Source: Pseudomonadota bacterium (GTDB taxonomy: Bacteria > Desulfobacterota > Desulfobacteria > Desulfobacterales > RPRI01). Taken from it: DNA of 64,000 bases. The translations under genes and the position numbers were made by a program. Location of the stretch: assembly GCA_043825875.1 (NCBI GenBank), contig JBDRRF010000111.1:21357-85356 (forward strand), in the 5' to 3' direction. This document shows positions 47,057-57,060 of this stretch, one piece after another; position 1 is the first letter of the stretch; every line of letters begins with the position of its first letter. The notes beneath the pieces were generated by a model. The model did not search any database. It had not been told where the DNA came from and saw only the letters and a program-made list of their open reading frames with translations.

Positions 47057-47806
47057 CTAGTAGTCATTATAGCTTCTATCATGTTTATCTTCATTCCCTC
47101 TTTCATGTTTTCCGTGTTGAGATTTATCTTGTTGTGGGTCTTTCCGACCTTGTTGCTGTGAGTTCTGCCGTTGGGCCTTTCCGGATTGTTGTCTCGATTG
47201 TTGTGGCGTCTCCCGGTATTGTGGTTGTGAGTGTTGTTGCCGTACCTCACGGGATTGAGGTCTTTGTTGTTGTGGTCTGGCTGCCTCACGGCGTTGAGGT
47301 TGAACCTCACGATTTTGCTTTAGGTATTTCGTTCCGGGTCTCAAACCATGGACACCCCAGGTATTTTGCTTCTCCCAATGTTTGCTCTTTTCCCAGTTGT
47401 TCCAGTTCCGTTGGACTTGCTGGTGGGGTATCCTTTGGTAGTTCCATTGATGTCCTTTCCAACGATGCTCTCTGTAGTCATTCCTCCAGCCTGACGGTAT
47501 CCCTCTATAAAAAGATGGAACCTGTTGATAGTAGCTCCAACCTGAATTATAATTTTGTGAGCGGTACCATCGCCCTTGCCACGGCCGCCACCACCAACCA
47601 TTATAGAAAAAGAAATCCACATCTATATCAGGGACTGCATAGACATAAGTTTCAGGTATCACCACCACCTCAGGAGGTGCGGCAAATACGAAGGGTGGAG
47701 GCAGAGGAATGCTAACGCCTACATCTACCCTTCCCATTGCAAATGTTGTAATTGGTACTGCAATTATCAACGGCAAAAGTATTATTCCTAAAAGCAATTT
47801 TTTCAT
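47057..47806 (-). CDS. Secreted Trp/Pro-rich hypothetical protein with Gln/Arg-rich tail
   Basis: Signal peptide, PPPFVFAAPP, GWWWRPWQGRWY; GAGG RBS. Confidence 0.7.
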   Translation of the reverse strand: MKKLLLGIILLPLIIAVPITTFAMGRVDVGVSIPLPPPFVFAAPPEVVVIPETYVYAVPDIDVDFFFYNGWWWRPWQGRWYRSQNYNSGWSYYQQVPSFYRGIPSGWRNDYREHRWKGHQWNYQRIPHQQVQRNWNNWEKSKHWEKQNTWGVHGLRPGTKYLKQNREVQPQRREAARPQQQRPQSREVRQQHSQPQYRETPQQSRQQSGKAQRQNSQQQGRKDPQQDKSQHGKHERGNEDKHDRSYNDY

Positions 47807-47823
47807 TTTGTCGCCTCACCTTT

Positions 47824-47863
47824 AAAAACAGAACATACTGCTGTTACAGCATGTTCTGTTTTT
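47824..47863 (-). terminator. Rho-independent terminator-like hairpin
   Basis: AAAAACAGAACATACTG-N6-CAGCATGTTCTGTTTTT. Confidence 0.6.
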
Positions 47864-47871
47864 GCTAATCA

Positions 47872-48426
47872 TTATTGTTTTTTCATCATCTTCTTTGCCG
47901 GTTTTTTCTCACCTGTCTTCATATGTTTCATCTTCTTCATCTTCTTCATGTTATGCATTTTCTGCATTTTCTTGAACTGTTCGTCCGTCAAAACAGTTCG
48001 TATTTCTTTCATTGCTTTTAATATTTCCAAATGATGGGCTGCTCTTATCTCTTCAATTTTTTTAACTACAGAGTTGGCCTTATCTAAGTCAAAATCTTTC
48101 ACATCCATTATTCCCATGAGATCGATTTCTGCAATTTTTAAGTCAGCTTTGAATTGGGCCTGCTTTTTTTGCATTTCTCTATGTGTAGGCTTTATTTTCA
48201 TCATCTGGTCATCGGTAAGCCCCATATGCTCTGCACGTTCAATGCACATGTCCATCATTTCGCCCATCTTGTCCATATGACCCATTCCCATCATCTGCCC
48301 ATGTCCTTTACTATGCTCCTTCATGGACATATCCGTCATTTGTGAAAAAGCCGGTACAGGCACGCTGGTCATTAGCATCGTGATAACCGCCACTATCATT
48401 ACTACTATTCCATATTTTGTTTTCAT
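47872..48426 (-). CDS. Spy/CpxP-family periplasmic protein, Met-rich
   Basis: Signal peptide; LTDDQ and LTDEQ motifs. Confidence 0.82.
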   Translation of the reverse strand: MKTKYGIVVMIVAVITMLMTSVPVPAFSQMTDMSMKEHSKGHGQMMGMGHMDKMGEMMDMCIERAEHMGLTDDQMMKIKPTHREMQKKQAQFKADLKIAEIDLMGIMDVKDFDLDKANSVVKKIEEIRAAHHLEILKAMKEIRTVLTDEQFKKMQKMHNMKKMKKMKHMKTGEKKPAKKMMKKQ

Positions 48427-48502
48427 TTGTGAGTTCCCCTTTAATTGTTGTTACTGTTATTTTTATGAACATTTTATAGAAAAGACTTCATTTCTCTTTC
48501 TC

Positions 48503-48817
48503 CTATTTCACGATCAGATTATTCTTTACTGATTTTACTCCTTTGACGCTTCTTGCGATTTCACCCGCTTTATAGACGGCCTTTTGAGAATTAACGAATC
48601 CGCTCAATTGAACGGTGCCCTGGAAAGTTTCGACACTGATCTGAAATGACTTGAGAAAACTATCTGCTCCAAGCAGAGATTTTACCTTTGTAGTGATAAC
48701 CGAATCATCAACATATTCACCTGTACTTTCATGTGTACGTGTTGATGAACAGGCTGCAAAAGCGGCGAACAGCATAAGAAGTATTAAAAAGTGGATAACG
48801 ATGTTTCTTTTTTTCAT
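48503..48817 (-). CDS. Single BON-domain lipoprotein
   Basis: Lipobox FAAC, STGEYVDDSVITTKVK, VQLSGFV, GVKSVKNNL; ATG at 48817 follows AAGG. Confidence 0.88.
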   Translation of the reverse strand: MKKRNIVIHFLILLMLFAAFAACSSTRTHESTGEYVDDSVITTKVKSLLGADSFLKSFQISVETFQGTVQLSGFVNSQKAVYKAGEIARSVKGVKSVKNNLIVK

Positions 48818-48955
48818 AATGGGTATTCCTTTATAAGTTTGTGGCGAACTGATTGGTGGTGAGACCATTTGCTACGGCAGTGTTACAATTTTTGGCAAAA
48901 TCTTTTCGGACATGCCGGATGCAATCTTTTCAAATTTAATAAGAGCATTTATTGA

Positions 48956-49077
48956 TTAAACCTCTTCCACCCCCTCCGGGTGGAAAACGGTGTGAAGCTG
49001 AACAGTGACGCAATAATCTGAGGCAACTTCAAACATTTCTCAGGAAGGAAGTTCATTTGCATGATTACAAGGGTCAC
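48956..49077 (-). pseudogene. Internally deleted ABM-family gene remnant
   Basis: VTLVIMQMNFLPEKCLKLPQIIASL aligns to the N-terminus of the 35917 gene; joined out of frame to LHTVFHPEGVEEV-stop. Confidence 0.7.
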
Positions 49078-49088
49078 GTCATAGTAAA

Positions 49089-49104
49089 TGCAAATAGCTT
49101 GCCA
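49089..49104 (-). promoter_or_regulatory. Sigma54 -24/-12 promoter upstream of the BON/Spy genes
   Basis: TGGCAAGCTATTTGCA (GG-N10-GC). Confidence 0.72.
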
Positions 49105-49345
49105 ATAACCAATGGAAAATCAGAAGTTTAGATTCAACGTTTAATAACAGGGGATTAGATTAAAAAGAGATAAAAGCTAAAAGTTTTGAAATAAATAATT
49201 TAGCCTCAACATTTGGTTGAACCTCAGTATGTTGATGGATACATTGAAGGGAGGCGGATAGCCTAATGCCGATGCCGGCATAAATCGTGATATCCTCCAT
49301 GCTGTTCTGTCTTCGTCATATTATTACCTTTTAATAAGTCCCTAA

Positions 49346-50809
49346 CTACAGGTACGGTGTAAGCAATCGCGCAATGCCGTCGCGCAGGCGAGCTGGCAGT
49401 GAGCGGCTATTGACCTCCTCCAGCGTCACTGGACGGGCGCTATTCCGTTTTGTCTCGACCCACTGATCAAGCTGTCGGGCAAGTTCAACATCGTAGCATT
49501 CCAGGTTAAATTCAAAATTGAGGCGCAGGCTTCGTGAATCCCAGTTGGCCGATCCCAGCAGTACCCAGCAGCCATCCACCAGCATGAGTTTGGAGTGATC
49601 AAATGGAGGCGGGGTTAGCCAAATCCGGCATCCATGTTGAAGAACTTGCGACCACATTGCCCGGGAGGCGCACATGACGAAGGGCAGATTGCTCCGTGAT
49701 GGTAAAATGATATCAACTTGCACACCCCGCATTGATGCCAGATTCAAAGCGGAGATCAGGGCAGGGTCGGGCAGAAAATAGGGAGTCATGATCCGAATGG
49801 AATAGCGGGCGATTGAGATTGCGCCCAGCAGCGCCCAAAGAAGCTTCTCAAAATTCTCGTCCGGACCATCGATCACGCCCCGCGCAAACACCCGCCCCGC
49901 GCTTTCGTTTTTGGGAAACCATGAATCACCATGCAAAGATTCGCCGGTCGTAAACAGCCAGTCGTCGGCGAACACTTCTTGCAGTTGGGTAACCACAGGG
50001 CCTTTCACCCGGAAATGGATGTCCTGCACCGGGTTTTGCGGCCGGCGTTGAAGGCAGTGTCCCTCCCGGATATTCATACCGCCGGTAAATCCTACGCACC
50101 CATCCGTCACCAAAATCTTTCTGTGTGTGCGCATGTTCATCAACATCAGGTGCCGCAACGCAAACGGCGGGAGAAACCGTGCATATTTTACCCCCTCTCG
50201 TTGCAGCGTACGAAGAATGGTTGGAAAGGAATACCGGGTTCCCGTGGCGTCAATCAAAACACGCACTTGTACTCCCCGGCGCACGGCTTCGCCAAGCGCA
50301 TGCGCAAAGGTTATCCCGATTTCGTCCCGGTCGAAGATATAGGTCACAAAAGAGATTGTCCGGCATGCGTGTTGGATCGCTTCCAGCATGGCCGGATAGG
50401 CTTCATCGCCGTTCACTAAAGGATCGATCCGGTTTCCCGGCAGCAAGGGTCGCTCTACCACACCCCCAACCACTCGAGCCAGCATCTTGAGATGCCCTCC
50501 ATGATCCGGCAGATGATGCTGCAACTCTTCCGGCAGACATTCCGGTTGTGCGTATTCTGACTGGTGTCGCTCAAGGTTCCTTCTCAGCAAAGCAGCTTTA
50601 TGGCGAATGCGATTGACTCCGAAGATAAAGTATATGACAGCCCCGACCAGGGGCACGAACCAAACAAAACCCACCCATGCGATAGCTGCGCGCGAATCAC
50701 GCTTGCTTAAAACTGCGTGCCCGGTCGCCAACACTGAGAGAAGCAAGCCAAGTCCGATGAAAGCGATGTGCCAGATTTCGTGCATCAGATTACCAACGGT
50801 CGCCATCAT
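49346..50809 (-). CDS. cls: Cardiolipin synthase
   Basis: N-terminal TM pair; two HKD motifs (HRKILVTD, HSKLMLVD); GGMNI, GSANWD. Confidence 0.92.
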   Translation of the reverse strand: MMATVGNLMHEIWHIAFIGLGLLLSVLATGHAVLSKRDSRAAIAWVGFVWFVPLVGAVIYFIFGVNRIRHKAALLRRNLERHQSEYAQPECLPEELQHHLPDHGGHLKMLARVVGGVVERPLLPGNRIDPLVNGDEAYPAMLEAIQHACRTISFVTYIFDRDEIGITFAHALGEAVRRGVQVRVLIDATGTRYSFPTILRTLQREGVKYARFLPPFALRHLMLMNMRTHRKILVTDGCVGFTGGMNIREGHCLQRRPQNPVQDIHFRVKGPVVTQLQEVFADDWLFTTGESLHGDSWFPKNESAGRVFARGVIDGPDENFEKLLWALLGAISIARYSIRIMTPYFLPDPALISALNLASMRGVQVDIILPSRSNLPFVMCASRAMWSQVLQHGCRIWLTPPPFDHSKLMLVDGCWVLLGSANWDSRSLRLNFEFNLECYDVELARQLDQWVETKRNSARPVTLEEVNSRSLPARLRDGIARLLTPYL

Positions 50810-50866
50810 TGCAGTCTCTTTCTAAGGTTAGTTTTCTTCGTTTTCATGGTGTATTTCCTTTTCTGT

Positions 50867-51505
50867 TCATGCCCCCACTCGGCTACGCAGTTTCTGCCTC
50901 ATATAGGACCGGTCGCCCATCATACGCAATAAAGGACCGTTCACCGCCATTTCCACAATGGTGACAGAAGCCACAGGCATACTGATGCGATCGCGGTAAC
51001 GCCCAACATCAATACCTATCAGGGAACAAAGCATAATCCTTGTTGTAGCTTTATGAGAGACTACAAGAACATTTCCTGTAGTGAATGTTTTTTCAATATC
51101 CTCGATAACAGACGAACTACGCCGGGAAACGTCGATACCTCTTTCCCCTCCGGTTGGAGCATTCCACCCCGGATCGGCTAACCAGCGAACATAGGTATCA
51201 TGAAACCCGCGATTCACCTCTTCAGGGGTTTTCCCTTCCCATTGACCATAAGCAATTTCTTTCAACCCTTCTTTGAGTTGCATTTGTATTCCTGTCGCAT
51301 TGCAAAGAGGTTTGGCTGTGGCAATGGCACGGCGCAGCGGACTGGAAAAGACGGCGACCCATGGAAGAGATTTATAAGCAACGGCAAAATCTTCTGCCAT
51401 CTGATACCCTTGTTGGGTTAAATCCGGGTCAAGTGTACCGCAGTAACCACCTGCCTGGCTTGAAACGGTTTCCCCATGTCGCAGAAAATAGATGGTTAAA
51501 CTCAT
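50867..51505 (-). CDS. Histidine phosphatase (phosphoglycerate mutase family)
   Basis: LRHGET, SSPLRRA, EIAYGQWEG, VVSH. Confidence 0.9.
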   Translation of the reverse strand: MSLTIYFLRHGETVSSQAGGYCGTLDPDLTQQGYQMAEDFAVAYKSLPWVAVFSSPLRRAIATAKPLCNATGIQMQLKEGLKEIAYGQWEGKTPEEVNRGFHDTYVRWLADPGWNAPTGGERGIDVSRRSSSVIEDIEKTFTTGNVLVVSHKATTRIMLCSLIGIDVGRYRDRISMPVASVTIVEMAVNGPLLRMMGDRSYMRQKLRSRVGA

Positions 51506-51670
51506 TATTTAGTTCCTCCTCTTTCAAACATCGCCCGATTGGCAATTCCTTGCAGGATCGAGCGGAGTTTTCGGTCGCCAGAAAAGTTTTCATGCGGCGG
51601 GAACCCTTTTTCAAATCGACCAGCTACCGCTGTTGAGTGAATGTCTCCGCGGTCACTCGGTAGTCCTCCC

Positions 51671-52954
51671 CTATCGATGACGGCTTTCCGTTTTTACATG
51701 GCGGAGCAGTAGCGGACGTCCGAACAAAGCGACGAGCACCAGTAGGCCGAGAAAAACAAGCGCCAGCGGGTTGGTTTCGATCAAACGAACAATAAGGGCA
51801 ACTGAAGCAGTGGCTCCGGCCAGTGCACCAAATCCTGTAATAATCCGCGCGCCGGCACTTTGATAAAAAGCGAGTCCGCACACAACGGTAAACGTAAACA
51901 GGAACGTGAGGCTGGCGGCCTCAACGAGGGTGGTGAGTGTTCCCAAAGCGGCAAGTACTGCTGCCGCCGTACCTAGCACGATCACCGCCCGATCTGGTAT
52001 GCCTGCTGCATTCTTGTGATCCATTGCGGCCGGTAATTCCCCATCCTCGGCCACCTTGTTCGCAAGACGTGCTGTGGCAAAGAGCGTGGCGTTGATGGCC
52101 GACCCGGTGGAAAACGCCGCGGCAATCGTTACGACCACGAGACCAACGGTTCCGAGCGCTCGGCGTCCCGCTATGGCCAGTGCGACCTCTTTGTACTGCA
52201 CGACCTGGTCCGCTCCGATCAGCATGGCCGTTCCAAGGGCAACGACAACGTAGACTACGGTCACAATGACGATTGCCGACAGCACTGCGCGGGGCAATGT
52301 CTTCTGCGGGGTCTCGATATCCTTGTAATCATAGGTCAACAGTTGAAATCCCTCGAAGGCCATGAACACGGACGCCGCCCCGAACAGCGCTGCACCGACC
52401 CCAGCGTCCGGAACATCCCGCGATAGCATCGGTGGATCCCACTGTGAAAGCCCCCAGCCTGCCAACCCCACAAGCACGACCAGTTTGAACCACATGAGAA
52501 AAACTTCTACGCCGCCGGCTTCACCGACTCCCCGCAGGTTTAGCCCAATAAACAAAGCCACGATGGCAATGCCGGCAAGGCGTGGAAACCATGACCCCAG
52601 GCCCACGACATGTCCTATGTACTGCCCGAAGGTGAAAGCATACACCGCGTTTGTCAGCACGTAACCAACGATAAGTACCCACGAGAGGCTGCCGGCAACC
52701 CCATCTGCATTGATCTCGCGGAGAAAGGTGAACGCTCCTCCCCCTTCGTCGTAGTGAATGGCGAGTTTAACGTAGCTATATCCTGCAGCCAGCGCGATGA
52801 GCCCCGCGGCTGCGAAGCTGAGCCATGCCCATGCACCAGCGATGCCGACAACCACACCGAGGGTCGAGAAGATACCGCCGCCGACCATACCGCCAACGGC
52901 CATCGACCATGTCGCGTTGAAGCCGAGCTTTGATTTGGGCTGATTCACATTCAA
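51671..52954 (-). CDS. APC-family amino acid permease
   Basis: GGMVGGGIF, AFEGF, about 12 TM helices. Confidence 0.88.
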   Translation of the reverse strand: MNVNQPKSKLGFNATWSMAVGGMVGGGIFSTLGVVVGIAGAWAWLSFAAAGLIALAAGYSYVKLAIHYDEGGGAFTFLREINADGVAGSLSWVLIVGYVLTNAVYAFTFGQYIGHVVGLGSWFPRLAGIAIVALFIGLNLRGVGEAGGVEVFLMWFKLVVLVGLAGWGLSQWDPPMLSRDVPDAGVGAALFGAASVFMAFEGFQLLTYDYKDIETPQKTLPRAVLSAIVIVTVVYVVVALGTAMLIGADQVVQYKEVALAIAGRRALGTVGLVVVTIAAAFSTGSAINATLFATARLANKVAEDGELPAAMDHKNAAGIPDRAVIVLGTAAAVLAALGTLTTLVEAASLTFLFTFTVVCGLAFYQSAGARIITGFGALAGATASVALIVRLIETNPLALVFLGLLVLVALFGRPLLLRHVKTESRHR

Positions 52955-53027
52955 GTCCTTTGAGCTATATTTTTACAGGCAGAGTAAGGCTGTTCCAAAA
53001 ATACTTTTTTTAGCTGAGGCAGTTTTA

Positions 53028-53049
53028 CCCTATCGTTGCAACGATAGGG
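53028..53049. terminator. Perfect 22-bp palindrome directly after the stop of the upstream minus-strand gene
   Basis: CCCTATCGTTGCAACGATAGGG. Confidence 0.45.
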
Positions 53050-53050
53050 C

Positions 53051-53452
53051 TTAATTATAATAATCCCGGACTTTCGCTGCAATCTGGGGATCCGTCATCT
53101 GATCAACTGTTTCAACAGCTTGGATGAGGTGATCAAGATGGTCATTTTCTAAACGTTTCTTGAGCTCACCTTTTGCCTCTCCCGGACCAAAAAGCAAAAT
53201 AGATTTGGCGTCACGAAGCACCGAAATGACCTCATCGTAGTATACGTTGAGTTTGTCGGCAAATTTTATATCCTGTCTGCCATCCGCTTTAACCTTCTGA
53301 GCTTCATAGGAAGTCGTCGAACGTACCCCGTCAAACCGCCCGGGCTGTTTTTCTGCATTTGATTCGATAACGCTTATTTCCTCGCCCTTGCCCGAAACTG
53401 CCACAATCACCGCCTTGCGATGATCTATCCACAATCCCATTTTTGTTTTCAT
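53051..53452 (-). CDS. Host-attachment/baeRF-like small protein
   Basis: GLWIDHRKAVIV...ILLFGPGEAKGEL pattern. Confidence 0.65.
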   Translation of the reverse strand: MKTKMGLWIDHRKAVIVAVSGKGEEISVIESNAEKQPGRFDGVRSTTSYEAQKVKADGRQDIKFADKLNVYYDEVISVLRDAKSILLFGPGEAKGELKKRLENDHLDHLIQAVETVDQMTDPQIAAKVRDYYN

Positions 53453-53469
53453 ATATTTTCCCTTTCTTC

Positions 53470-54099
53470 TTATGATGAATATTTCCGACCATTCAAGTTT
53501 AAATCCTTTTTCTGAGTGTGCGAAATTCGTACAATTTCTTGAGCAATATCCTCAGGTGAAAGAATAAAATCTATACACCCGCTTTCTATTGCGCTTTCAG
53601 GCATATCAGGCTGTTTGGCGGTATCGAGTTTCTGAGCGATGGTAATGCCCCCCACATCTTTTATGCCGCACAATGCCGCAGCCCCATCACCATCATATCC
53701 GGACACAATGACGGCAATAAGTTTGCCGTCCCAGTGCTCCGTTAGGGAACGCAGAAAAACCGTAATCACGTCAGGCCATCCCCTGGGCTTTGATATCGGC
53801 TTTAAACGGAACTCTCCTTCAAAAACGTGCAAATCACGCTTTTCCGGGATGATGAACACATGGTTGGGTTCGATGAGCAAGCTTTCCGTGATCAGCTCAA
53901 CCGGCATTTCGGTAAAATGTGGGAGAATCTCGTGGAGTCTGGTGGCCACGGTTCTCAGGTGATTAACGATGACAATTGCAACACCCATATCGGCCGGCAT
54001 ATGCCGAAGCAAACGGGTATACGCGTCAAGGCCCCCTGCCGAACCGCCCACGCAAACGACAGGAAAGTCTTTTGCAACACTTCTAATATTCATTGGCAA
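53470..54099 (-). CDS. cheB: Stand-alone CheB-type methylesterase domain protein
   Basis: GGSAGG, VNHL, SGYDGDG, PDMPESA; no receiver domain. Confidence 0.8.
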   Translation of the reverse strand: MPMNIRSVAKDFPVVCVGGSAGGLDAYTRLLRHMPADMGVAIVIVNHLRTVATRLHEILPHFTEMPVELITESLLIEPNHVFIIPEKRDLHVFEGEFRLKPISKPRGWPDVITVFLRSLTEHWDGKLIAVIVSGYDGDGAAALCGIKDVGGITIAQKLDTAKQPDMPESAIESGCIDFILSPEDIAQEIVRISHTQKKDLNLNGRKYSS

Positions 54100-54185
54100 T
54101 TACCCCCTTTATGTAAAAAAGCCGTTTGCTTCAACGGGAATGCTCCTCGGGAGCCGATTCATCGACCCAGTATCCTTGATCAAAA

Positions 54186-56807
54186 TCACATTCCCCCTTG
54201 AGGCTTGTCCTTTGACTCAGGCTTCGGTTCGGCCTGGGCGTTGTCTTTTTGGATTTCCCGTTCTGCCTGCTTCCAGTTCTGAAGTGCTCTACCATCTTTA
54301 TGGCCTTGTTGCTCATAGATTTCATAGGCCCGTGTAGCGATCTGCTGGTTCAAACCGGAGGGTGTATTGGTTTTGACCGGATCTAATATCCGGTACGCGA
54401 GCAGCTTCAGGCGGTCATTCAAGAGGAACCACGCCAGCGCATACCCCCAAAGGAATAGTGCCCACCCCCAGCCTATCGGTGTCATAAACAGCCCATAGAC
54501 CGCTATTAACGTTGCCACGATTTGTGTGCCGAGCACGGCAACCCATAGAACCAGAGCCGGACGATGTGACCAGAACGGGCCGCGCGTGCGCGTCAGGAAA
54601 ATCGTCAGATGTCCGGCAACGGACAGCTTTAAATACATCAGCGTCTGGATGTGCGCACGATCGAGATGAAAGACCCGCTCACCGAGATAAAATAAAGTGA
54701 AGGCGGAGATGACACCGATGACGCCCAGCACTGTGGAGATCCCCAGCACCACGCGCATGTTCCAAGCCTCGGGCTGATCCTTGTATTGAACATTGTCATA
54801 AGCAATAGACAGGATTGCGCCGTCATTAAGCAATGCCAGCATAACGATCATAACCGCCGTCAATGGATAAAAGTTAAAGATCAAAATCGCCAGCGTCATG
54901 AACAACAGTACGCGCAGCGTTTCGGCGATGCGGTAGATAGCGTAACTGTTCATCCGCTGGAAAATTCTCCGGCTCTCCTTGATCGCGTCAATAATCACCG
55001 ACAGGCCGGGCGTGAGCAACACGATGTCCGCAGCCGCGCGCGCCGCGTCAGTTGCAGCCGAAACGGCGATGCCACAGTCGGCTTTTTTCAGTGCGGGAGC
55101 GTCGTTTACCCCGTCGCCGGTCATGCCAACAATGTGGCCAAGTTTTTGCAGAACATCTACAATATGAAACTTATGCTCAGGGAACACCTGGGCGAAACCG
55201 TCGGCCTCCTCTATAGACTTGGCCATCTCCTTGCTCTCCTCATGCTTTACGTCGCCCAGACCACTGGCATCGAGGATGTTTGCGCCCATATCTAATTTTT
55301 TGGCGGTTTCCTTGGCGATAGCCAGTGCATCACCCGTAACCATCTTGATCTTTACACCCATCGCAAGAGCGGTCGCAATGGTTGCCTTGGCATCTTCGCG
55401 TGGCGGATCGAACAAGGGCAAGACGCCGACAAACTGCCATTGCCCGTCGCCTTCGGTTCGGGCCACACCCAACGAGCGAAAGCCACGCGCCGCAAATTCG
55501 TTGACGGCCTTCTCGATAACGGTCTTCACCTGCCCGGCATTGGCCGATAATTCCAAAATCACCTGCGGAGCACCCTTGGTTACCTTGAACTCCTTTCCGT
55601 CCGCGGTTTTGACGGTTGCTTCGGTGCGCTTATGCACCGGGTCGAAAGGCTGGAAATGAACAACCTCATAACCCTTTAACGAATCCTTGTCTTTCAGTCC
55701 GGCCAGGACGGCAAGGTCGATGGTGTCGTTATTGTCTGCGCGCGATGCCATAGCGGCATATAGGATAACTTGTCCGGCTGAAATATTCTCCATGCAGAAC
55801 GGATCGCCAAGCGACAGCTTGTTCTGAGTCAGGGTGCCGGTCTTATCCGCGCACAGCACATCAACGCCTGCCAATTCTTCGATGGCCACCAGCCGGCTCA
55901 CAATCGCCTCTTTTTTGGCCAGCAGGCGCGCGCCTACCGCCATCGTTACCGATAGTACTGTTGGCATCGCCACGGGAATCGCAGCTACGGTCAGCACCAG
56001 GGCGAACTGAAGCGTGGTTAGTATCCGGTCGCCGCGGAAGATCGCGACGGCAATAATTACCGCCACCAGGGCTACCGCGAGAATAATCAGGTAATTGCCG
56101 ATTTTCAAAACCGCCTTTTGAAAGTGGCTGGTGGTATGGGCTTCCTGTACCAGTTGCGCCGTCGTGCCGAAGTAGGTGTTAGAACCAGTGGCATAGATGA
56201 GTGCACCGATTTCACCCTGACGGATGATCGAGCCGGAAAACACAGCCTCGCCGGATATGCGCTTGGCGGGCAACGACTCTCCGGTCAACGCTGATTGATC
56301 CACTTCCACTGGGTCACCCTCAAGCAAGCGGGCATCCGCAGGCACGATGTCGCCCAGACGCAGGCGGATGACGTCACCCGGAACAAGTTCGCGCGCTTCC
56401 GGGGTGACCCATTTCCCGTCACGTTTCACGCGCGCCTTGACCGCCAGTTTAGCCTTGAGAGCCTCAATGGCGTTGCCCGCTTCATGTTCTTCCCAGAATC
56501 CGACCACGGAGTTTGCCAGAAGCAGGATGAGGATGATGAAAAAATCGGGCCAATGCCGGGCTACCGCCGAAAGGATCACGGCCGCTTCGATCATCCACGG
56601 GATGGGACCCCAAAAATAGGTGAGGAATTTCAGAAAAAGATTGGTTTTCTTTTCTTCAATCTCGTTTGGTCCATATTGGGTCAGCCGTTTCTGTGCCTCG
56701 GCCTGACTAAGGCCATCCGGCGAAGACTCCAATTTTGCCTGCAGTTCCGACATGGGAAGGGTCTTCAGATCGTCTTTCGCCTTGGGCAGATCAGTATTGG
56801 GTTTCAT
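54186..56807 (-). CDS. Plasma-membrane-type (P3A) proton-efflux P-type ATPase with C-terminal DUF2934-like domain
   Basis: TGES, AIPVAMP, DKTGT, KGAP, GDGVNDAP, YRIAET, LLNDG; tail IATRAYEIYEQQG...NWKQAEREI. Confidence 0.9.
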   Translation of the reverse strand: MKPNTDLPKAKDDLKTLPMSELQAKLESSPDGLSQAEAQKRLTQYGPNEIEEKKTNLFLKFLTYFWGPIPWMIEAAVILSAVARHWPDFFIILILLLANSVVGFWEEHEAGNAIEALKAKLAVKARVKRDGKWVTPEARELVPGDVIRLRLGDIVPADARLLEGDPVEVDQSALTGESLPAKRISGEAVFSGSIIRQGEIGALIYATGSNTYFGTTAQLVQEAHTTSHFQKAVLKIGNYLIILAVALVAVIIAVAIFRGDRILTTLQFALVLTVAAIPVAMPTVLSVTMAVGARLLAKKEAIVSRLVAIEELAGVDVLCADKTGTLTQNKLSLGDPFCMENISAGQVILYAAMASRADNNDTIDLAVLAGLKDKDSLKGYEVVHFQPFDPVHKRTEATVKTADGKEFKVTKGAPQVILELSANAGQVKTVIEKAVNEFAARGFRSLGVARTEGDGQWQFVGVLPLFDPPREDAKATIATALAMGVKIKMVTGDALAIAKETAKKLDMGANILDASGLGDVKHEESKEMAKSIEEADGFAQVFPEHKFHIVDVLQKLGHIVGMTGDGVNDAPALKKADCGIAVSAATDAARAAADIVLLTPGLSVIIDAIKESRRIFQRMNSYAIYRIAETLRVLLFMTLAILIFNFYPLTAVMIVMLALLNDGAILSIAYDNVQYKDQPEAWNMRVVLGISTVLGVIGVISAFTLFYLGERVFHLDRAHIQTLMYLKLSVAGHLTIFLTRTRGPFWSHRPALVLWVAVLGTQIVATLIAVYGLFMTPIGWGWALFLWGYALAWFLLNDRLKLLAYRILDPVKTNTPSGLNQQIATRAYEIYEQQGHKDGRALQNWKQAEREIQKDNAQAEPKPESKDKPQGGM

Positions 56808-56874
56808 AATTGGTATTCCTCCTGTCTTTGATTTGCCGCAGGTTTTGTTAGCTGCTGGATACTTGTTGCCATAT

Positions 56875-57060
56875 TCATGTCATTTCCAGCGCTGCTACTT
56901 TCGTAAGGCGGCGCTTGAACCATTCTTCTCCCTTGAAACGGGCGCTTAAAAACGTATGGACCAAATCCCAGGATAGCGCATATCCGGCGGCCTTGAGGGC
57001 GGCAGTCAGGTTCACTTTCAACTCAAATCCACCATGGTCCGCAGCTATACCAATACGCAT
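56875..57060 (-). pseudogene. rpiB: Ribose-5-phosphate isomerase B remnant with in-frame internal deletion
   Basis: N-terminus [15 protein letters not shown] fused to C-terminus LVHTFLSARF...RRLTKV; the CGSG/AANK catalytic core is missing; 61 aa. Confidence 0.8.

Noticed and set aside
51510..51670. GGAGG followed by GTG ACC GCG GAG (MTAETFTQQR-stop) as a gene remnant
   Set aside because: Too short to assign to any family.
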